Positions 23,546 through 26,557 of a stretch of DNA of 26,557 nt are shown one piece after another. The notes under the pieces were generated by a model. The model did no database searches. It was not told the origin of the DNA and saw only the letters and a program-made list of their open reading frames with translations. Origin of the DNA: a virus (taxonomy: Duplodnaviria > Caudoviricetes); IMG/VR virus record IMGVR_UViG_3300022206_000007, positions 1 to 26,557 of that record; one strand, 5' to 3'. Each line of letters starts with the position of its first letter. Position 1 is the stretch's first letter. A program made the position numbers and the translations under genes.

Positions 23546-24523
23546 CTAGGCTACGGCGGTCTTGTAGAAGACGCCCGCGTCGTTGGCGCTGATCTCGCAG
23601 CCGAAATACATCTCGACTTCGAGCGCCTCTTTCCGCGGGTTGTTGATCTCCCATCGCCGGATGGACGCCATGTTCTCCGTCACGTTGTCGAACTGCGACC
23701 ACGCGAAGTTGGAGACCGGGCGCGGAGTGTCCTCCGTCATGCTCGGTGGCACGTACATGAACAGCGCATGCTTGCCCCAAATGTCGCCCATGACTGCCGT
23801 TGCGCCTTCGGCTGCGGTATTCTGCATCGCCGCACCGACGATGAGGTTGTCCATCTGCAAAGCCTGGCGGAGTTGATCCAGCGTCGGGACACCGCCTACC
23901 GTGTACTTGTACAGGTCGAGGATGTCGGGGTGCTCGAGTAGCTTGTTCTTGACGATCGGCCCGATGACCAACGTGTTGGCCTCGAACCCGCAACCCTGCC
24001 GCACGGTCTCTCTGGCCGTGTTGCAGTCGGCGATCGGCGTCGAGGAGGCGTCGTTCCACTGAAGGAATTGAGCGCCAGTCGGGCTAGCCGCAACGCCGGT
24101 CTGCTCGGTGTTGCTCGTCCACTTGCCGGTCGCGAAGATCTGTGCTGCCACCTCGATGTCGCGAGCCATGAGGGCCTGCTCGATGAGCCACTTGGTCTTG
24201 CCTTGCCGCAGCTTGATCTGAGCCTCTGCTTCGTCCTTGATATTGATGGTCGTGTGCAGCCGAAAGTTGTGGCAGCTGTAGCGCTCTTTGCTCAGCCTCG
24301 GGTGAGCGGCTGGCGACGGGGTGTCACGATGGAGCTTGATCATCTCGGATCGGAACCAGTCAGCCTTGGTCCAAATCGGATAGTAGTCGGTCTCCGCGTC
24401 GACCGGAGCGGTGTATCCGACCTTCGTCGCGATGAACCGGTCCTTGACGTTTTGAGAATACCCGATCCCGAACTCGGTCATGAGTCGGTCGATGCGGGTG
24501 TCGTTGCGCGTTGGCGTCGTCAT
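23546..24523 (-). CDS. Major capsid protein (HK97 fold)
   Basis: D..MT...IGY.Q...FIA, QWND.SSTPIAD, NTLVIG.......HP.I and IWGKHA motifs; position. Confidence 0.9.
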   Translation of the reverse strand: MTTPTRNDTRIDRLMTEFGIGYSQNVKDRFIATKVGYTAPVDAETDYYPIWTKADWFRSEMIKLHRDTPSPAAHPRLSKERYSCHNFRLHTTINIKDEAEAQIKLRQGKTKWLIEQALMARDIEVAAQIFATGKWTSNTEQTGVAASPTGAQFLQWNDASSTPIADCNTARETVRQGCGFEANTLVIGPIVKNKLLEHPDILDLYKYTVGGVPTLDQLRQALQMDNLIVGAAMQNTAAEGATAVMGDIWGKHALFMYVPPSMTEDTPRPVSNFAWSQFDNVTENMASIRRWEINNPRKEALEVEMYFGCEISANDAGVFYKTAVA

Positions 24524-24544
24524 CTCGCGTGTCCTCTCTCCCGC

Positions 24545-25429
24545 TTACTTACGGGTGTACTCGAGCCAGCAGCTCCCTTGGATCACGACCGTGTCAGTCG
24601 TGTGAGCGCCAGGGGTGAGGGTGAGCGCGACGCTGTTCGGGCCGCCGCCAACATCAGCCGCGGCCAAAGTGCGCGTGACCTCCGCGAGCGCGGCGCCGAG
24701 AGCGCCGGTGGCTCCACCGAAGTCGGTGTCTCCCACGCCCTCGAAGGCTTCGATCGTGAGAGTCGGGGTGTCGGTCGCGCCGCCACTCAGAGCCTTGCAG
24801 TGGAAGGTCACGTCCTCGGCCGGGTCGAGATCCTCTGGCCACGCGAAGTCCCACGCGATCTTGTCGTTGTTGCTCGCAGCCCACGTGAGCTGCATCTGCT
24901 GATCGGTGCCCGCGTTGACTGCATCGAGGACCGGGGTCGAGTCGCTGGCGAGGATGCCGCCGTGCGCCGCCAGGTTCTGAGTGTCGTTCGACGACAACTC
25001 CCGGGCCGCAGCGAGGGGTAGCTGGATCGTGCCCTTGCGCGTCGCCGCGTCGCCAATCGCCGGACGCAGGTCAACCTCGAGGAACTCGCCAGCCGCAGAT
25101 GCGGCGGCCAGAGCCTCCCCTACGAAGGCCTCGGTGTTTTTGGTCCGCGTCACGACGCGGCCAACCGAGTCCGTAGTGAGTTGCGCACCGAACGCGATCG
25201 CCGCTCCAGCCTCGACCTTGGACGTGCCGAGTCGTCGGACCGTGCAGCCAACACCCGCGGCGTCCGGTGCGCTTTGCAGCACGCCGAACGCATACGCTCC
25301 TGCGGTGGCCACCAAGGTAGCTACGGGCGGGGTGCCGGTCGTGAAGGCGACGCACCGGTACTGGCCGGTGGTCGAGTAGTCGGCCGCGGCGGAGGCGGCG
25401 ACCTCGAACAGGTTTCGAGAGGTGGACAT
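24545..25429 (-). CDS. DUF2190-like capsid decoration protein with an extra C-terminal domain
   Basis: GVLQ.AP......V...G.SKVEAGAAI..G..LT.D..GR.V...GEAL.AA..AGE..EV in the first ~120 aa, followed by a ~170-aa beta domain. Confidence 0.8.
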   Translation of the reverse strand: MSTSRNLFEVAASAAADYSTTGQYRCVAFTTGTPPVATLVATAGAYAFGVLQSAPDAAGVGCTVRRLGTSKVEAGAAIAFGAQLTTDSVGRVVTRTKNTEAFVGEALAAASAAGEFLEVDLRPAIGDAATRKGTIQLPLAAARELSSNDTQNLAAHGGILASDSTPVLDAVNAGTDQQMQLTWAASNNDKIAWDFAWPEDLDPAEDVTFHCKALSGGATDTPTLTIEAFEGVGDTDFGGATGALGAALAEVTRTLAAADVGGGPNSVALTLTPGAHTTDTVVIQGSCWLEYTRK

Positions 25430-25432
25430 GGG

Positions 25433-26191
25433 TCAACCCTCCTTGCATGCCGCAGCGGCTAGCCGCGGGTTGGTGGACATCACTTGGTAATGCGCCTGCG
25501 AAGGAGTCATCCCCGGATGCGCCTTGCACAGCACGGCAATCTCGCGCTGGAGATCGCCGCTCGCGGTGCCCACGGAGTCCTCACTCGACCCCACGGCCTT
25601 GAGCAGTCCGCTCTTAGCAATGGCGCCGCTCGCGGTGGCCAGGATGCCGACGAGCTGAGCGGCGGTGTCCGGCCCGGCCTTGTCGCTCACGGCCTTGAGT
25701 AGCCCGCCGATGTCCTCGGGCTTGGCTCCAGGGAGAGCGACGAGATCCGACTTGGCCTTGGCGACAAAGCCCGCGAGCACCTCAGCGTCATCGCGCTTGG
25801 CGATCTCCGCCTGGAGCGCATCGCGCTCAGCGTGTGCCTTGGCAAGCAGCGTCTCGGCCTTGGCCATGACAGCGTTGGCCTTGGCCATCTCGGGGCTGTC
25901 GTCCTTGAGAGGCTCTTCGCCGGCCTTGGCCTCTGGCTCCTTGGGCTCATCCGCCTTGGCGGCGGGCGCAGCCTGCTTGCCGGCCTCGATGAGGGCCATG
26001 ACGAGCGCCATCTCCTCATCGCCGAGCTTTGCCTTGAGCGCGTCGAGCGCAGCTTGCGTCTCTTCGGGCGTCATATCTACTCCTGCTTTAGCGAGCACCA
26101 CGCCCGCCGTTGGGTTCTTTCCGGTCCCCGCCTTCACGATCGAGACGGTCAGGATTCGTAGACCGGTGATGATGCGTTTGGGTTTGATCAC
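25433..26191 (-). CDS. Capsid scaffold protein (probable second start at ATG 26074)
   Basis: Ala/Lys/Glu coiled coil, C-terminal MTPSQAH..V...NP.L motif; GTGA overlap at 26191; AGGAG SD before 26074. Confidence 0.75.
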   Translation of the reverse strand: MIKPKRIITGLRILTVSIVKAGTGKNPTAGVVLAKAGVDMTPEETQAALDALKAKLGDEEMALVMALIEAGKQAAPAAKADEPKEPEAKAGEEPLKDDSPEMAKANAVMAKAETLLAKAHAERDALQAEIAKRDDAEVLAGFVAKAKSDLVALPGAKPEDIGGLLKAVSDKAGPDTAAQLVGILATASGAIAKSGLLKAVGSSEDSVGTASGDLQREIAVLCKAHPGMTPSQAHYQVMSTNPRLAAAACKEG

Positions 26192-26556
26192 GATGATGCC
26201 TCAGTGGACAAGCCGAGGAAGCTCAGGTCAGTGCACTCGCCGCTCTTGATGGCTTGCCAGAGCGCGTCGTCGTGCACGCGGCACTTGACAACCGCGCCAG
26301 CTGGACCACGGCCGAACCCTAGCGCCTCTCGCTCTTCGCGCGACACCGTCAAGCACTGTACAACGTCGCCGAGGCCAAACTGGGTGTGCTGGCGCTCAAC
26401 TCGTCCAGCGCCACCCGCGGCGAACGCCTCACACATCGCGTCCTCGAGAGCGTCGATCGTGATGGCGTCGCCCTCGTCGTCGACGACGAGATTGCCATCC
26501 GCGTCTTCGACCTGCGATAGCCACGCAGTTACGAGGCGTCGGTCGTCCGACGACGC
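26188..26556 (-). CDS. XkdF-like prohead serine protease domain, 5' end outside the window
   Basis: RRLVTAW......VVDDEGD.I....LE.A...F...QH...G.VV...V.DD.LW..IKSGE....S..G. Confidence 0.85.
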   Translation of the reverse strand, partial: ASSDDRRLVTAWLSQVEDADGNLVVDDEGDAITIDALEDAMCEAFAAGGAGRVERQHTQFGLGDVVQCLTVSREEREALGFGRGPAGAVVKCRVHDDALWQAIKSGECTDLSFLGLSTEASS

Positions 26557-26557
26557 C

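Larger units (their letters stand above)
1..26557. mobile_element. Tailed phage/prophage genome segment (siphovirus-like): replication, early/recombination, lysis and morphogenesis modules
   Basis: Canonical order protease-scaffold-decoration-capsid-neck-tail tube-chaperone-tape measure-tail tip-lysis on the - strand; YqaJ/RecT and initiator genes; no sheath-like gene; dense ATGA/GTGA-coupled ORFs. Confidence 0.97.

Overview
GC-rich segment of a tailed dsDNA phage or prophage with a siphovirus-like layout, in three blocks. (1) A leftward replication block (1-3058): a stand-alone initiator-like N-domain, a replication initiator with internal iterons, a helicase-loader-like gene and a run of small paralogous genes. 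(2) A rightward early block (3302-10340): small accessory genes, two HTH paralogs, YqaJ exonuclease + RecT-like annealase, orphan HicB-like gene, a 39-aa signal-peptide ORF missed by the ORF track, a ParB-like domain and a sigma factor. (3) A leftward late block (10330-26557): XkdF-like protease, scaffold, DUF2190-like decoration protein, major capsid, neck, tail tube, frameshifting tail chaperone, tape measure, tail-tip proteins, three apparently exported Cys-containing proteins, and lysis genes with an embedded RuvC-like resolvase. No integrase, terminase, portal, CRISPR array, rRNA or tRNA is visible. The most unusual signals are the exported protein trio in the tail-fibre position, four tandem paralog sets (one with a large excess of replacement over silent changes), a candidate secreted peptide, a shared palindromic operator, and a three-hairpin leader at the divergence point. 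Family calls come from motif recognition by eye, not from database searches.
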